DNA of 64,000 nucleotides. It comes from Podarcis vaucheri (lineage: Eukaryota). Shown here piece by piece: positions 13,013 to 27,087 of this stretch. The notes beneath the pieces are model-generated. The model saw only the letters and a program-made list of their open reading frames with translations. It searched no databases and was not told where the DNA came from. Position numbers and translations under genes: made by a program. The DNA is taken from NCBI GenBank assembly GCA_965113315.1, contig OZ220371.1, one strand, 5' to 3'. The stretch's first letter is position 1, and each line of letters starts with the position of its first letter.

Positions 13013-16000
13013 GCTATAAGGCATGGGGGGGGGGGGAGAGTTGAAAACAGTTATTTCCCCACTATTTGGTTACTGAGAGTGACTTTGATTAATTGTTGTC
13101 TGTTTTTAACTTTATATGGTTTCTACTGACTCAGGGCCTTCACAGCCATCACCACCCCAAGCCCAATTCCTTGGCGCATTCAAGGATCTCCTGCTCCATA
13201 TCTGCCCAAAACTGAGCAGGAAGCCATGAGAAGCCACAGGGGTAGTTTGGACTAAAGAGTTCTATAAACTCACAGACAGCCTCTAGCTTTTGTAGGAGTA
13301 AGCTGCCAGCTTGGAACTCTCTAATGTGCTGCAACCCTGGACTGCCTTGCTGAGCCACATGCTTCTGTTTGAGGTCATGACATGACACTTCACCTCTTGT
13401 TTGACCCTCAAGATGGCATCGTTATTTATCGCTTCCACTCACAGTCCTGTGTGGTTAGGTCGCTGATATTGATATTGTGCCCATTGGGAGCGGAAACTGT
13501 GAGATAATGAACTCACAAAGCTATCCAGTGAATACATGGAAGAGCTGAGATTAAATCCAGGTCCAGCTCTGTATCTATTGGGTCACCCTGGCTCTCTTCT
13601 AATTATCTCCTAATTACATTGCTAATTTGCTTCCTTATCTTTACACCACATTCTTCTTATTAGCTATCTATTCTTTATGACCACAAATGATTCATATCCA
13701 CAGCTAAATTCCTTCTCAGTTGTCCTAAGGAACATAAATAATCTACGGCTACACCTCTCCTTAGAAAATGGGTTAGAATGAACTTGGACTAATGGATAAA
13801 ATCATGTCTCTCGTGAAGCCATAACAAAGTTCTAATTTACTTCAATGGGGTCAGCATGTTATTGGCTACATTCCGCAGAGAATACACTCAGTTTGTTACT
13901 GAGAGAACACAATAAAAGTATTTTGAATAAGACAGCCCAGTACTTTTGCTCTGGAATGTTTCAACTCATAAAAGGCCCGATTTCAAGATAATAAATATCC
14001 AGTCAGTACCTAGAAGAGGCAAGCCTTGCTCACAGGTTGAACTATGGACTGGTTCATACATTACTTTAATAGCAAGGAGTAAGTATCAACAGCTGTTAGT
14101 TATGAGAGCTAAAAAGAACCTTAGTGTTATGAGGTGCAATGGATGCAGAACTGGTGGTGGCCCTCACTGCCATGTCCTGCTAGGGAACTTTTATTCAGAG
14201 GTAGATGCCTGGCCACTTTGGTAGACACTTTGCTGGCATGGCTAGACCATCATCTGTTCTAGAAAGGCAGTTCATAGAGCCAAAACTCTTAAGGTGGACA
14301 AAAATAAGGCTCTTTCCTGCATAAGAGTCTGATGTCTGCTCCATCTCATATAAAATGCACAGCTGGTTTGTGTGTGCTTGCTTGCTTACTTAATAAACTG
14401 ATAGGTGCACCCTTTGTCAAAATGATTCCTGGACAGGTTACACATAAAAATATATGAATCATCTTTAGTAAGGCCTTCCTTTAAGTAAAACTCTGGAACC
14501 AGCAAGTTGGTTAAACAGGCTATAGAGATGGAAAAGCTATCAACTGCATCTGAAGATCGTATAGCTTATAATAAATCTATTGCCCTATTTTTGTGAGGGA
14601 ATATTTACAAACATTTTGTATGCTAATATATTCTATATGTACTTATTCTGATACTTAACTTGGCTTTGTGGTGAATGTGTTAGTACGAGTGTATGTATGC
14701 ATAAGGCTCGGTTGGTTAAAGAACAATAAACCATACATTCATAAACAATAACACCAATAAATGCATAGTATAAAACATCCGCTAAGGTTACCAAAAACCA
14801 AGATATGTGGCAGGTGACAGCTGTACATATAGACTTTGTGTTTTTACTACTGACATTTTGAGGTTGTCTTCTCAGATGATGTGGGCAGTCGCTTTGGACA
14901 GAGAGGCTTGGGAGCACTAGTGTGTGTGCAGATGTGAGGATTAGGTTTCAGTTCTTTTAGTATTGCAAATCTGGTATACAACCTTCCTAAATCCTATTGA
15001 AGCCGATGGCATTTAAGTAGCCTTGAGGTGTGCTTGATTGCAGCCTAAACGTTTCAAAAAGAAACTGCAGAAGCCAAGCAGGGTTGATGAGAAAATGGGA
15101 TTGCTATAGATGTCACTCAGCATTCCAGTGAAGAAAACAACATTTTCTGTAGAATAAACCCATTAAGAGGCTTATGTTTTGTTTGCAGAAGTTCAAAATC
15201 TCTGCTTCATGGGGACATATGTAATATAAATCATTTGGCTTGCTCTTCTTTTTCTTAAGACATTATATTTATAAATTCTTTCATCTAGAGTTGTCATTTA
15301 TCCTGTTTCCTGTCAGATAAACAATCATTTATTTTTCAGATTTCAGTTATAATATTACATATGTACACTTACATATTTTTTTTTGTTCCTGTGAGAATTT
15401 TCATGGGGAAACGGGTAAATTATGTGATATGGGACACATCCTACTGTCATGGAGAAACGATGACTGATAGAAAGGAAACTCAGTGCAAGGTGTGTGAGAG
15501 ACCTTACAGTGGATCATTTTTATCCTTTCTAGTGATCAAAAAAGTGTCAAAACTGAAAATGTTTTTGCAGTGGAGAATAAAAAAGCACTTGGTGATGCTG
15601 AACCGTCAAGTTCTGCTTGTTTTGCACTAATATTGACACAAAAGATGATATAGTAAGAAGGAAGGACTTTCCCCATTATATTCAAAAATGTTCATCATAA
15701 TCCACAGGAGGCTGGGGTGTAGGTTGTCCCCAGTTTGAATGCTAGGTTGTGTACAAAGCATGTCTAAAAATAATCTATTTCCCAGTGTTGGAATAGGGTA
15801 AGTGAAGTGAGTAGCAATTGCTCTATCGTACATGACAGATTACAAGCAAGTTATCCCACACTGCTTTCTATGCAGGGCTTTTCACGTAGGCTTCGTTTGG
15901 GCTGGCTACAAAAAGAAAAAGAAAATAGAAAATAGAAATGCAGCCCATTTAGCAAAGTGTACACGACTGTTTTGTTTATATGTGCTCTGGAGAGCTTGTA

Positions 16001-17953
16001 TGTATTAATGACAGACAAATGTACATGGTCCCTTTGCTGGCAGTCAAAGAAAACTCTCCCCAATGAAGCAAGCAGCTGAAGTAAAGGGCTGTAGCTGACA
16101 CCCACTTGTGAGTTACTGATGTGACAGTTCTGTGGCTGCTAATGACAGGATTACTGTGGCTGTGTTGTTATCCAGAAGGGTCCCCCCCCCCAGACAGAAT
16201 GTACGAAAAACAGGGCGAAGCAGAGAGCTGCTGGTTCAGACTGTTGGCTTTCCTTCTGAAATTGCTTGGCGTTGCTTGCAAAGGAGCCCTTTTGTGTACT
16301 CTGAAGTTTGTCAATGTCACTCTGGTTGCAGGCGGCTCCTTCTTCCCTGGATAAAGAACAGTGCTTGGTGTGAAAACTTTAGACTTGCATCACCTGGAGT
16401 GTTTTGTTTGGACAGATCTTCACACTGCCGGCAGCTGGGAATTAGCATTTTAACCATCTAAACAGAGAGGACAAATACTCAGGCTGGAATATTCTTTGGA
16501 TACAAAAAAGGAGAGGCTCCCCTAAGCTTTCTCATGCCCCTCGAAGGCAAGATAAATTTGATTCCAGATTCTGATGGCTTTTGTAGTGTCCTTGTTTTCT
16601 AGCAGGTTTCCTATTCCTTTAATGGCAGCTTGAGAAAATCAAACTTCCATCAGGTGAAGTTTGTCCCAGTGTGCTGATATAGTGATAAGATTTTTTTTTT
16701 TTTTACCTGATGAATTAGTCTTAGAATGAACAGAAAATAAGAAGAGCCCAGATGGGTCAAGCTAACATTTAGTTCAGCATCCTGTTGCAGTGGCTAATAA
16801 GATGCCTATAGAAATCCTGTAAGCAGGACTTGAGTGCAACAGCAACCCCACTGTGTGGGGGGTGGGTGGGTGGAGGGGGGTATTTTGTTTGTTTGTTACT
16901 ATCTTATTTTTGTTTTTATATTGTAAACTGCCCTGTGATCTTTGGGTGGATGGCAGTATAGAAATTTAATAAATAAAAATAATACCCACTTGTGATTTCC
17001 AACAGCTGATATGCATAGGCAAAGGCATAGTGAGGTATAACAGAACATCATAGCTAGTAGCCTCTGGTAGCCTTATCCCCATAAATCTTTTAAAAAATAC
17101 ATCCAGGTTGGTTGTCATCTTCTTGGAGCAAATTCCCTAATTTAGCTATGCTCTGTGTAGAGAAGTAATTCCCTTTATCCTGAATCTTCAAACTTTCTGT
17201 TTCATGAGATGAGTTTTAGAATTATGAGAATGGGAAAAATAAGAATGAAGAAGAAGGGCAGTAACTATTGGTGGGTTTTCTCCCTCTCCAAAATCTGAAA
17301 TCTTCCTTGTGAGAGCAATAGCTAGTACAAACATTTTCCTTCTCTTGAAACAGAGTTGCTTACATAATACTGTGATATTACTTCTTCAACTCTGTATTCA
17401 AAGAATTACCTACAATATCCTATAAGTTTTGTACAGTTATCAGGAGATGTTAACAAGTATCCCTGTGAAAGTACAGAAAAATAAATATTACGGTATACCC
17501 AAGGTCTCAGAGGCTTCTGTTTTAACACCTCAGATGTTCCTCTCTGAATTGTTCATTGGTGGTGGTGTCACATAAAAGCCCCATGTGGATTTACTGCGGA
17601 CCGTAAGACGCACCTAGTTTTTAGAGGAGGAAAACAAGAAAAAAAATATTCTGAATCAAATGTTGTACTAAACTATTTAATAAACAACCGGTATATCAGA
17701 ATCATATTTCAACCATGTAAAGTGAACAGTCATCATTCATACACTGCCAAATTAATGGTGTCTTCTGGATGGGAACAATATATGGCAGGGAGGTAAAACA
17801 CATGTAAAACAGCAGAACTGGCAGGTCTGAGTGTTAATGTAATTCAGCAATGTTGGTTTTCATCCAAAATAACACAGACAATCATCCACCATATTCACAG
17901 CACAGCCGCTTCTACTCCTGTTACTGTGGAGACCTGTTTATGCCTATAGGCAG

Positions 17954-18053
17954 ATCATAGAATCATAGAACTGTAGAGTTGGAAGGGACTCTAGGCGGGC
18001 TTGAACCACCAGCCTTCTGATTAATAACAAGACGCACTAATCCACTACACCAC
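17954..18053 (-). mobile_element. Short SINE-like chimera: tRNA-Asn-like head plus CR1 3' tail
   Basis: The minus strand reads gtggtgtagtggattagtgcg...gaaggctggtggttcaagcccgcc (tRNA-Asn-like, with A/B boxes), then cccttccaactctacag(ttctatga)2. Confidence 0.6.
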
Positions 18054-19002
18054 CTAAGGACTAATGAAAACAAGGAGGAGCAAAGGCCATGCTAGGGTAT
18101 GGCACATAGCAGTTGAGACAATTTATTGAGTCCACATACACACCATACTTAACTGAAGAGGCATGGTGATATCATTATGGCCAGAACTAGTAGGCTCCAT
18201 TTCTCCTCTGTTGTTACTATTGCCTTTCAGATTCAGAATGAATTCCGATTCCAATACGGGCATGCAGGCTTTTCAACATGTGAAATGTTGCAACAGCAAT
18301 CATTCCAGATTCCAAAGTGAGAGCTGTGCAGAGCATGTAAGCGGCTCTGCTTGCTTTACAATAATTTTCCAAGCTGGCAAGGACAATTAGAGGTCCCGTC
18401 CCCCTCAATACAAACAAAACAAAAAAACAACTTGGCTGGGACACAGGTTAGCCATTGCAGTGTATCCTTTCTGTTAGTAAGGTCCATTGGATTTGGTGAA
18501 ACTGACTTTTGAGAAGGCATACATTGGTGGCTCTGTAATCCAGACTGCAATCTCCATCTTTGGGCTTAATGCAGCCATCAAAGCTACAAGAACAAGAGTA
18601 TTTTATTTTTTAAAAACACTTTATTTATTTTCCCTCCTCCCCCCCCCCTATTTACATACCATTTCATTCAGAGAGTTCTGAAGAACTCAAAAGTGTGCAC
18701 ATGACTTTGAAACATTTAGGCTGGTCCTAATAAAGATGATCCCCAACTGTGGATTATGAAAATCTCAGTTTCTCTTAACTGTAACATTATGTAAACCAAT
18801 TTTCTTCAAAAAGTATCTCGGGCAATATTTGAAGGGGGTAAACTGATTTCTTCTTAAAAAAACAAAACAAAACTATTTTGCAGGTGTCTCATAAAGATGC
18901 AGCAGCCATTATCATGTTATACAGCTATCTTCAATGTTGAGTGTCTGGTTTTGACATTGCTTATATTTAATCACTTCCATAAAGGGATACTAGGACATAG
19001 AT

Positions 19003-19361
19003 AAAGGTAAAGGTAAAGGGACCCCTGACCGTTAGGTCCAGTCGTGGCCGACTCTAGGGTCGCGGCGCTCATCTCGCTTTATTGGCCGAGGGAGCCGGCG
19101 TACAGCTTCCGGGTCATGCGGCCAGCATGACTAAGCCGCTTCTGGTGAACCAGAGCAGTGCACGGAAACGCCTTTTACCTTCCCGCCAGAGCGATACCTA
19201 TTTATCTTCTTGCACTTTTTGGGGTGCTTTCGAACTGCTAGGTTGGCAAGAGCAGGGACCGAGCAACAGGAGCTCACCCCGTTGCAGGGATTCGAACCAC
19301 CGACCTTCTGATCGGCAAGTCCTAGACTCTGTGGTTTAACCCACAGCGCCACCCGCGTCCC
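19003..19361 (-). mobile_element. Full-length Sauria SINE
   Basis: The minus strand starts GGGACGCGGGTGGCGCTGTGG, has B box GGTTCGAATCC and ends in (ACCTTT)n. TSD TACTAGGACATA (18988-18999) / TATTAGGACATA (19363-19374). Confidence 0.92.
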
Positions 19362-20987
19362 TTATTAGGACATAAACCTTGACTAAATAACTGTAAGGAT
19401 ACATTTCATATAATAAAGTAATTGCTGAAGATCCAGTAATGATCAAATAGCATTGGAAAAACATGAAAAATCGCACTATAAATCACCGTGCATTTGAATT
19501 GCCCCACAGACCTGGAATGCAAATAAAATGCACTACTGTATTATACAATTACTGGATGATAGCTGGTTTTCTGTTGTTGACAACACACAATTCTGAGTGA
19601 TTCCTTTAGCTCTTGGGGTCTTTGGGTCAGTAAGCAAATGTTGACTGAATATTTAGCAACTGGGTAGAGCACATGCTTACTGGGAAGCAAGTCCTATTGT
19701 GTTCAATGTGGTGTGCTCCTCTATAGGTGTATATAGGATGGTAGCCACTGCCATTTTAACAGGCTTTTGCAAGCTTGGAAATGATGTATAGCTAGTTTAT
19801 TGTAGCAAATGCACATATTTTCATGGAAATACCAAAAACCTCATTCACATTTCAATGGTATGCAACGACAATACAAACGACACTTTCCCATGCTTGAGGA
19901 GATAGATGTGAAATGGCCCTAAGGGATGAGTTTCCCCAGTAGGTCTGGTTTTGAAATTATTCCTGGATAGATATATGAACTCACCCACCCCACCATTTGA
20001 TCTCATATCAAGGATTTTTCAAGAGGACTTCTGTGAGCTGCACAGGGCCAGATCCCTGGTGTCACAAAAAGGCTTCAAAAGGTTAGCTATCTAATTTGTT
20101 ATTATTGTTACTGTATTTGACATTCATGGATAGGAAAGAGGTGCTTGTGGGACTCTTTGGTTACTATGCAATTTGACTGATGAAGAGAGGGAACCATTTT
20201 CAGCTTTATAAAAAGTTTTGGGTAAGCCCTGGAGAAGAATGTGATGCTCCTATTCAGAGAATTACCATTTTGTAGCTTTTTTCTTTTTCATGTACACACC
20301 TTAATGGAAATTGCCCAAAATTTCCATAGATGCAAATACTGTGCGGGAAATCAAACAGTGTCTTGCCTGCCAGACTGGATGCCATGGATAGAATGGATTT
20401 CCCCCTCCCCTGCAGGATGCCTATGCCACCAAAATCTTCTCTCTCCAGAGTAGATTTGGGGGAGGGGTGCAGGAGGGGAGGAAGGGGTAGTACTGTCACA
20501 CTAATTTCTATATTGGTAGAAGCCCAGCTAGAGATGTTTCTCTTCCCCAAACACCATTTTCTTTTGTGGCATGTATCTGGGTTTCAGTCAGAGTAAACCC
20601 ACTGAAGTTAATTGACACGACTAACTTAGTTTCTTTAATTTAAATGGGTCTACTCTGAAAATGACTTAGTCGAACACAACTCCACGTGATTTTATATATT
20701 TTTCCAGTTTAGGTTATGTAAACCACTCACTCTTTAAAAAAAAAATCATACAGTAATAAATCAAATCAACCAGCAATAGTAGCCACTGCATTCTTTGGGT
20801 GAATTCCCCTATCAGAAATATAATTACATGGAAATCCTACTGAGACTTTAATGGGATATGTATATGCATAAATTTAGAACTGGGTTCAGAGCTGCAATCA
20901 TATACCCAGGGCCAGCCCAAGGCTTTTTGCTGCCCAAGGCAAAGGACGAGATGGCTCCTTGCCCATTCCATATAAAAAAGTTGATTA

Positions 20988-21451
20988 CCGTATTTTTCTG
21001 TGTATAAGAAGATACTGTTTCCTTAAAAATAATATTCAAAAATAGCGGGTCTTCTTATACATGGATAACGGTGGGGGGGGATTGGTGGCAGCAGCCAGCA
21101 GGAGATTGGCAGTGGCGATAGGGCGTGTGATTGGTTGCTGTGGAAATGCCTGCTGACGATTGGCTGCGGCAATTGGGCGGGCTATTTATGGCCGTGGTGA
21201 GGCATGTGTGCCATCGTCTGTGATTGTGATGAGTGTGTTTTTGGAGGTGAGAATGCAGACGATTGGTGGCTGTGGCGATGCGTGCGATTTGCATTGTTGG
21301 GCAGGCTGTAGACTGATTGGCGGTGCCCCCCCAAAAAGCTCAGCAACTGCAATCTTCCCCCAAAAGAAGCTCAACAACTCTGGGCAACCCCCCCTTTTTG
21401 TTGTGGTCCAGAAAAAATACATGGGGGCGTGTTATACATGGAAAAATACAG
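20988..21451. mobile_element. Tc2/pogo-like non-autonomous DNA transposon nested in an older repeat
   Basis: TA|CCGTATTTTTC.GTGTATAA ... TTATACATGGAAAAATACAG|TA. It interrupts a copy of the 2162-type repeat. Confidence 0.75.
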
Positions 21452-22994
21452 TATATTGGCAGGTGAATCTTACTTCATCACTTGCAATGGGACAGTGTCC
21501 TCTGCTGCACCTGAAGGCCAGGTTTGTTTTGGAAGGGAAAAGGGAGAGCATGGCGCACATATACCGTAGTTCTGTCATTTGCTCCTCTCTGCCCGCCTGC
21601 AGCTGCCACCTGAAGTGGTTGTATCACTCAGCCTAATGGTAGGTTTGTGCTCAGTATTGCTTATCTTTGAGGGGACATGGTTAGGATTGCACTGCTAGCC
21701 TCTCCTATTGGTTGCTCATTAGGAATCTGTCCTTAAGCATCCATTTTAGATATTTTTTATTCATGCTGGAAAGAAGTGACATATTGAAAATAAGTATTCT
21801 TTATTCAGTGTTTGTTCTGTAAATGTAACTGCTTTGTTGATAATGATAGAGACATATGCTGGCTGCTAATGTTATACCATATGCGGGGAAACAAAATGCC
21901 TTTTATGCAAATGGACGTTTCATTCTCGTTATGAGCTAAATGTTACAAAGGACTATGATGCGCTGAGAAGTGTAAAAATCTGTGTCTATTTAGATTTACC
22001 TAAATATGAGTGAAATGAATGGGGCGGGGAATTAAATCTCCAACAATGTTTCTAACAAAGAGCAAGCCCCATTTCTTGAGTAAGTCCCATTTCTCCTTAA
22101 CCGAGGCTGTTGGAGTGAGTTAAAAACCACTTGAAGTGAATATGCGGCCAGCATCTTTGGTGCTAAAATAAGCAGGTGCTAAGAGGAAATGGCTCTGCAA
22201 TAATCACCATATCGAAAGCAAGCGTATTTACACTTAACAGTAGAGAGAGGCTGAAAAAGAGCGAGTAGTGCCTTTTTTTTTAAACTGCTTTTCATGCAAG
22301 CATTGATAGGAAAGTACATCTGCTTAAAATCTTTTCTAGTGCTGCCCAGACGGATTTGCTCTCTGCCCAATCAGTTTATCAGATTTTGGCTCTGCTACTG
22401 GGGAGAGCTGCAGTTTATATTCTGATTATGCAGGGGCAGAACAGGCATGTCTCAAATGGGTATCACCTCACTCTGTAAAAACAAGTTCACTCCATGTTAC
22501 GGATTGCAAGAAGAACTTTGTTTCTTGACACTTCCGACTCTGGTTAATGAATGATGAAAAATCTTTCACTTTTATTTTGTTTTTGTTTTGTTTTAACTTT
22601 TTTTTTCAAAGGCAGAGAGAATTGGCGGTGAAAAGCTATATACATTTGAGGCTTAGCATTAGAAGGAAATCAGAGACACAAGTAATGAAAAAGACAGCGT
22701 AAAGTTCCTTATATAACCTTTGTCCCTTATATTAAAGAAGAACTGTATTGAACAGGGAGGAAAGAGACCCAGTGCCTAGACTTGCCACATAACAGAGTCT
22801 GACCAGAAGGTTCTGATTGTCTTGGGCCCCCTTGGGATGTCCTTTTTATTGAACGTTCATGATGATTTGTGCTCATGATTCTATCAGAGCTGTCACGTGT
22901 GATCATGCTTTCAATACACATTCAAAAGGTTTGGGGCTCTGCTTCATTTCCAATGAGTGCATATCCCATAATAGTAGTTCATATGTTGGTTATT

Positions 22995-23170
22995 TGGAAC
23001 TGGATTACCGCTCTATGTGGGACTTCCCTTACACTTGATCCAGAAGCTGCAGTTAGTGCAGAATGCTGCAGCATGATTTTTGACAGGAGTATGGCCTTGT
23101 TAGCATATAATACCTGTGCTCAGAAATCAGCACTGGTTGCCAATTTGCTACAGGGCCAGGTTAGAGGCAT
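22995..23170 (+). mobile_element. L2 LINE fragment
   Basis: Frameshifted match to QKLQLVQNAAA..LTG..HIxPVLRxxHWLPI. Confidence 0.6.
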
Positions 23171-23721
23171 TACTATTAGAATTGTTACTAGCCACTGCAG
23201 CCTAGTGGTGCACAAGATTCCAGGGGTCTTGGCACTTATCCATAGTTTGTGTTTCCTTTGGGAACAAGGCACAATGGAGGCTGTAGTGTCAATATGAAAT
23301 ATGGTTTATTTGCACACATTTACACCTGAGTCCATGCTTGAAGGAGTTCCCAGCATTCATAACTCAAGAGGGCCTTGCTTTTTACAGGAATGCATCATTG
23401 CGTTCTAAGGCATCCCAAGTATCATCCATGTACCTCTTTCAAATTGTCTCTGAAAGCCTGCCAAAAGTTCTCTGCCTGCCCCCTTTCCATAACCTCATTT
23501 TTGAAACACCACAATTTTTCCTTCACCCTACATCAACCTTGAAGTCCCATAGCTTCTTATACAACAAATGTTTTGGTTTATTTTTGTAACACTTTTACTG
23601 CACTGCAGCTCCTCCAGACAGCAGCCATGTAATTGCATTGGGGAAGCATCACAGAACAAACCAAAGCAGAATAAATCCTCCACCAATGCACTGTTATTGT
23701 GTTAAAACCATGTATTGGAAT

Positions 23722-24707
23722 TATACCATCAGTCCTGGAAGTGTTCCAAGCTAAACCCCTAGCACAGTTATTATATGGGGCTCAGATTTGGACAGGCACT
23801 CATCTTGGATCTACAGAAGCTGTCCAATCAAAGTTCTTAAGGCAAATTTTCTCTGTACCACCCTGTGTCCCAAACACATCATTGTGCCTAGAGGCTAATC
23901 TTCTCTTGGTAGAATTTCGGATCTGGCGTTGGACACTTAACTATTGGCTTCGCCTAAACTCAAATCCCCCGGTCTAATATCCCTAGTGCTGCAAGATTGT
24001 CACAAGAGTGCCTGGAGTAAAATTGTCTATCAAAGACTTCACTCTTGTGGTTTATCACCACAACAGCTACTCACTTTGGGTTTTAGTAAAGCAAACAGTC
24101 TAATTTTTCAGCGCCTAAATGATATCAAGCGTCAGAACAACTTGGCCACAATAAGGAAATTTTGCCAATGGTATGACTATTTTCCAACTTCCCATTTCAG
24201 CTCTCTGACACCCTATCTGCATAACCTAGAAATTCTAAAATATAGACGTGCTTTTACTCTTGCAAGATTGAATGTATTTTCCCTCGGCTGTACAGGAGAG
24301 ACGATTCCAACAGATTTCACACGAAAAACGCTTATGTCCCTGTGGAGATGGCAGTACCGAATTGGTGGCCCATGCTATTCTGGCTTGCACTCTTTATAAA
24401 GACTTGAGGAATGAGGTTATCACCCCTCTTTTATTGTCCATTCCGGGTCGCCCAACCACTGCCACAGTGTCTTTTCTCTTGGCAGATCAAGATGAGCAGG
24501 GGCCATCAAAAGGTTGCAAGATTTTTAGCTGGGGCAATTAGCTGGGGCAATTAGAATAAGATCCACTATTTGACTATTGATTCGAAACCCTAAAATGTAT
24601 TTTATATAATTGACTTTTTATTTCTATTCTTTGTATATCGTATTGTTGTTTTATTGCTATGGCTGATGGCTGACACAAATAAAGAGTCATTCATTCATTC
24701 ATTCATT
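23722..24707 (+). mobile_element. 5'-truncated RTE-X-like LINE (3' end), frameshifted
   Basis: Three ORF pieces (LLYGAQIW..EAVQSKFLR, YRRAFTLARL, and the CCHC knuckle RLCPC..E...HAILAC..Y..LR), then AATAAA and a (CATT)n tail. TSD CATGTATTGGAAT (23709-23721) / CATGTACTGGAAT (24708-24720). Confidence 0.75.
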
Positions 24708-26607
24708 CATGTACTGGAATATACATGCCATAAAACACCAGTCTGGAAGGACACTTTGTATTCCTGTCGCGAATCTTTATTGGCTATGTGGTCTAGCAAT
24801 ACTTGACTTTGGGTACATCCAGGTGGGTGTTTATTGCAGGATTAGTATTTTTCTTAAAAAAGCATCCAGACTACATCATTGGCATCAAAATGCTAATCCA
24901 TAGCCCCCCGATCTTTAATCTGGATTTACTACTTTAGGGAGAAATATGATATATATATATATATATATTTAATGTGTGTTGCCAGTGACCTGTTTACATT
25001 ATTAAGTCCCTGTCTGGATGCCCCCTATTCATCAGTGGTGGAGGTTTTTCTGTGCATACATGATTTTAACGATTTCTGTATGGTTATGGACATTCTTTGT
25101 TTTTGGTACCGGGAGTGTGTGTGCGCGCGTGCGTGCGTGTGCACGCTCCTTGCTGGACTCTTGTCATTAGCATGTTCCTTCAGATATCTTAACATGTGGG
25201 ATGCAACTCACCCACCTAGAAATATATTTTGCCCATTTTGGGGCCCCCTTTTTTCTGATGCCACCACTGACAATAAAGGGACCTTGTTAGACTTCTGCCT
25301 GAAAACCAAGTGAAATACGAAACAGAAAAAAATATGTAACAAGACTTAACAATGCAATCCTTTGCATGCCTACTCAGAAGCGCCATCAAGTTCAGTGAGA
25401 TTACTCTTAATCCTAGACATAGGTCTTGGGGAATAAGCCCTACTCAACACAGAGGGACTTACTTCCAAGTAAACATGCATAGGATTAAACTAATATTGTG
25501 ATGGTGTGCTGCCTCTAGCCTAACAAATGGTTCCATACCTCAGCTCTCCTCCAGAACAACTAACCTGCATTCAAAAATTGCCACAAACTATTCCTAAGTC
25601 AATGTGGTATCCAGATATTCTAGATATTGTGGGACTATGTCACTATCCTACTGCCTGCTGGGGATGATGAGAGTTGTAGTCCAACATCATTTTAGAGGGC
25701 TTCCCTTGATCTACACTGACTTGCAGCTCTCTCGTCTTTCCTAGCACTGTTTGGGGATACCAGGGATTGAACCTGGATTTTTTTACAAAGCGTATGCTTG
25801 GCCATTCCATGGGTCACCTAAGCTTGTTGAATAATGTGCAGTTTGAAGCTCACTCGAAGTATTTTATAACTCACTTACTATCTTTCAACACTCTTGTGAG
25901 TATTGGCATTTACTTCAGGCAGGTAGAAACATATACGGTAGGTCAGGAATGGGATCTATGAAATCAGCCCATTTTCATCCTGGAAATCTTCTTTGCAAAG
26001 CTCATCTCCAGAGAATATCCAGAGAAAGGAATTATTATAAACGCTTTGCCATTCATTGGAGGAATGTTAAAACTGTCCTTTGTGATTGTGTTTATAATGA
26101 AGCAAATGCACAGTGGCGGTTTATCAGTTATTCATTAAGAAAGTGTACTGGTGATGGAGAATAAGGAACTTTCATGTGTGCCTGATGTCTAGCACTGGCA
26201 AGTACTACCATAGCATGCAGTTAAGCTAAAATTATTTTGGCAACAGAGTAAAATATCAGTCCAAGCAGTGATTGTTTAGCTGATAGAATATTTATATCTG
26301 AGCAGTACAGTTATCCAGGATCCTTTGGCTGGCATTGTGCAGATTGCCATTTTGTTCAAGTACTTAAGAAGATAAAAAGAGCCCTGCTTGATCAAATCAA
26401 AGGTTTATCCAGTCTCTCATTTTGTTGTCACAGTGACCAATCAGATGCTTGGGAAGCCCACTATTGAAGGAAATAGCACTCTCCTGATCTTCAGCAATAT
26501 CAAGAGGCTTCTGATATTTGAGGTAGCTTGTAGCCATAGTTACTAGTAGCCACTGATGAATTTTATAGGTAAAGTATCTATTTTCCTCAAATGATATGTG
26601 GTGTATA

Positions 26608-26807
26608 GGTTACATACATTCCATACATTTAAAACACATTTAAAGTGCATGACTTCCCCCAAGAATCCTTGGAACTGCCGTTTCTTAAAGGTTTTGGGAA
26701 TTGTAGCTCTTTGACGGGTAAGCTATGTGTCCCAAGATACTTTTGGGGAAGTCATGCACTTTAAATGTATTTGAAATGTGCTTTAAATATATTGTGGGTA
26801 TACAGCC
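26608..26807. mobile_element. ~200-bp fold-back (palindromic) MITE
   Basis: Arms CATTTAAAGTGCATGACTTCCCC / GGGGAAGTCATGCACTTTAAATG, with degenerate outer arms GGTTACATAC.. / ..GTATACAGCC. Confidence 0.7.
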
Positions 26808-27087
26808 ATATCAATCTAATCTTGGTGGTCTTTGAACACTTTTCAAACCAAATTTCCGTGTTTGTTTGTTTTTAAATCAATACATACTGCTCAACCAATA
26901 GCATTTAGTTTTTTAAAAAAGTTGCCATATGTATGTTTTTCATACCTCTTTAATTTTCCAACCTCATTTCCATCCCTTCAACAGAGCCTTCAGCAGTTAA
27001 ATCAAAACTTCTTCCTCCCAATATATAAGTACATTTATTTAAAAGAACCCTTTAACACATTCAGCTATCATTCACCGAGCAAAAATG

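Noticed and set aside
17595-17690. Tc2-like terminal fragment (CCGTAAGACGCACCTAG...)
   Set aside because: No matching second TIR or TSD was found, so it was not called as a defined element.
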